This document shows positions 61,221 to 64,000 of a stretch of DNA of 64,000 nt, piece after piece. Position numbers and translations under genes: made by a program. Under the pieces are notes generated by a model that was not told the DNA's origin, did no database searches, and was given only the letters and a program-made list of their open reading frames with translations. Every line of letters starts with the position of its first letter. Position 1 is the stretch's first letter. This stretch comes from Azolla caroliniana (taxonomy: Eukaryota > Plantae > Polypodiophyta): assembly GCA_043228905.1 (NCBI GenBank), contig JBHGNT010000008.1:18352001-18416000 (forward strand), in the 5' to 3' direction.

Positions 61221-61939
61221 CTTGCAAGATGTTTGAAGGTCAAGAAAGGGGTGTTGTAGATGATGACACCATATCTCACCTTCCCATATGTTTGTCTTCC
61301 TCCTCACAACATAATGAAGTCACTGAGTCGATCAACTTCCATGCTCTCCAATCCTTTGCTCAATGACAGAGAGCAAAAGCCATGATTGTCGCAAGTAAAA
61401 TGCATAATAATTGACCTTGTGATGAGCTAGCTACCTTTATTGCAACATAGATCCAAAGAGTTACAATCTTCCAGGAAAAAAGAAAGGGTGAAACCATCAC
61501 TCTATTTTGTTGCTCGTATCTAAAGAGCCAAAGGAGGGAGGATCGAGGATGAAAGAAAAAAGCAAACACAAACTTTTGGTGGTGAGCACCCTAAAAACCT
61601 TTTTCCCTTTCCTACCCTATGCACACTATTGTTTTTTACCTTTTGCTTGGGTGGTCTAGCTAGAATCCAATGTATGCTTAAGTCAAAATTATAATGGTGC
61701 ATTCCTACCCTTTGGTAGACCTGTATGTGTATAGACTATAATATAGTCTTGAAAAGTGCATCGCGGGAATTTCCTGTCACTTCTCTTGTCATAGATTTGG
61801 TTGAGAGATACCTTGAGAAAGAAAAATGGTTTAGTTTAAGATATCAAGATTCTAGTATGTGTTGGGAAACATGTCCTTGCGGATGGGAAGAGAAGTAATG
61901 TGTTGGTGAAGAGAAGTATCGTGTCCTTGCAGATGGGAA

Positions 61940-62364
61940 GAGAAGACTCGTTCGGCGGCATGTTTAAGCTAACCGACTCCAACTACTCAGTGTGGAAGTC
62001 GAAGATGAGAGACATGCCTGTGTGCAAAGACCTCTGGCTGCCAGTGTAGTTCAGAGATAAAAGACTAGACAAGATCGATGTAGTGACTTGGGAAGTGTTG
62101 CATCTAAAGGCGGCCGCATACATAAGGTGTTTTATAGACATGAGTCTATACAACAACTTCGGCGAAGAAATAGAAGTAGACGTCCTATGGAAGACGATTG
62201 GCATCATGTTCGAAAACAAGAATGTTGTGAACCGAGTCTCAGTATTTCGAAAAATCGTGAGGCTCTGGTATCAGGATGGCTCCAGTATGACGGAGCACAT
62301 CAATGCCTTCCAAGGATTGATGAACCAAACCACCTCTTTAGAAGTACCTCAGGCCGACGAGGTA
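61940..62364 (+). mobile_element. Copia (Tork-like) gag N-terminal fragment
   Basis: MFKLTDSNYSVWKSKMRD...LW...SMTEHINAFQGLMNQ with an in-frame stop. Confidence 0.75.
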
Positions 62365-63467
62365 CGTAGGATATTATTTTCATTTAAGTTTTACTACAGA
62401 AAATTATTGTATATTCCAGATTTCTCTAGAACATTCTAGAAGCTTCAGGACTATTCCTGAGAACACTATAAAAAGAGGCATAAGACATTATTTCGAACCA
62501 AATTGGTTCAACGCCAGTCTTAAGCCTCATAGCTATTTTGTACTTACTCTTCACATAATATGTCATCTGTTATCATTATCCTCTCTCTCTCTCTCTCTCT
62601 CTCTCGTGAGTCTTACGTAGTCCGTCCTCTTAGTACTAATAGTACTTCCCTTCTCTAGTACTAATTCTCTCTCTGTTTTAGTACTATTCTTGACAGTTTG
62701 AACCAATTCTTCCCTCTGGTCTTCTTTTCGGTTTCCCTCATCCTCTTATCGCTTTTTCCAATACTATGGCTACTGTTAGTGCCCAGGAATCTCAATCCGT
62801 TTTTTTCGAGCTACAATGTCTAAAAGAAAAATTTGTTGCATTGGAACAAGAAAACCAACGATTGTTAGGGGATCTTCAACAAATTTCTTTAGAAAAATAG
62901 CAAACGCAGCAACAACATGGGGAGTTAGCGTTACGCATACAACAACTCGAAGCAACCATCGTAACATTACAACAACAAGGATCAAGTCCCCAAGGACTTC
63001 ATAAAGAGCCTAAGATTGGTCTTCCTATGAAATTCGATGGAACGCGCTCACAATTCAAAGGATTCCTTAATCAGGTACGCTTAGTCATGCAAATGCATCC
63101 TTCCCGATACCCCACTGACGCATCCCGGGTAGGCCTAATAGGCACGATGCTCAGCGGCTCAGCCTTGGCATGGTTCGCTCCGCTTTTGGAAAAACAATCT
63201 CCCTTGCTTAATAACTTTGAAGAATTTATTAACGAGTTTAAAGCCTGCTTTGGAGATACCGACAGCATCAGGACGACAATCAACAAAATCCGACGATTGC
63301 ATCAAGGCGATTGTCCAGCCTCTACCTACGCGGCGGATTTCCGTCTACTTGCCTCAGATATCCCCTGGAATGATCAAGCACTAATGGAGCAGTTCCACTA
63401 CGGCCTGTGAAACGACGTCAAAGATTTACTTTTAACCTTTCCCAAAGAACCAAAATCTCTTACAGAG
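62365..63467 (+). mobile_element. Tf1/Tcn1-type Ty3 element 5' part (partial LTR to 62695, self-complementary PBS, gag)
   Basis: Gag KEPKIGLPMKFDGTRSQFKGFLNQV...LSGSALAWF...LHQG...YAADF...QFHYGL; TATA at 62467; LTR end TGACA; PBS complementary to 62501-62511. Confidence 0.8.
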
Positions 63468-64000
63468 TGTTGAGCGAGCAAGCTGAACCGAATTCGGATC
63501 GGCTGAATAAGCCTAAGACGGATCGATATCCGGATGGTATCTAGAAACAACCGGCCGGATCGGGGAACCGGAAGCCTAGTAGTAGCCTAGACTACTAGGT
63601 AATCATTGTCTCGTAGTTAGTGTCAATCGCACGTCTGAGCATTGAAGTACCTGTCAGTCCTTATGGACTTGTATAAATAGTGTTGTTTAACACGTTGTAT
63701 GTACATAGTTTTTTAGTTAATTTTTTAATATAGTTTTATGTTCTACTCTCTCTGTCTCCTTTGTGTTTGAAGCTTTTCCATTAAACCTTCATCTCATTTT
63801 CTGTTGCTATCTAGCTGAGCTGGTTCTGTCTGACACTTCCACACATTAACATTCACATGGTATCAGAGCGCGAGGGTTGAAAACTTCTGTAGCCGACATT
63901 TGCTTCCATAGACGAACCCTAGAACCCGGTAACAACAAATAGAGAGAAGATATGGACAACGAAATGACGAGTTCACTTCCAACAGAGAAGCTCGACTGGG
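63468..64000 (+). mobile_element. Start of a Ty1/copia element (5' LTR 63468-63857, PBS-iMet 63858-63869, gag ATG 63952)
   Basis: TGTTG...TCACA followed by TGGTATCAGAGC; MDNEMTSSLPTEKLD; continues beyond the window. Confidence 0.9.

Overview
AT-rich land-plant nuclear DNA. A Tcn1-type self-priming Ty3 element and the repeat content suggest a seed-free plant such as a fern, but this is an inference. Three host genes can be reconstructed: an intronless GDSL esterase/lipase (+, 12734-14158), a 20-coding-exon importin-5/karyopherin beta-3 gene (-, 21824-16041, 1114 aa, one GC-AG intron) and a 6-coding-exon plant-specific gene resembling the Arabidopsis AT5G07940/70/80 (SYS) family (-, 52829-47325). 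There is also a DGD1-like galactolipid-synthase pseudogene fragment. The rest is mostly nested retroelements: LINE remnants, several Ty1/copia copies (one nearly intact with TSD, 35611-41155) and Ty3 fragments. The most unusual block is 28459-41779, a family of pol-less, Gag-like-ORF LTR elements primed by tRNA-Trp. In the inner copy the LTRs carry an antisense tRNA-derived Pol III A/B-box module and a regularly spaced palindrome array. That copy ends in a fold-back inversion whose junction falls at the end of the 18-nt PBS copy. All protein family calls come from motifs recognised by eye; no searches were run.
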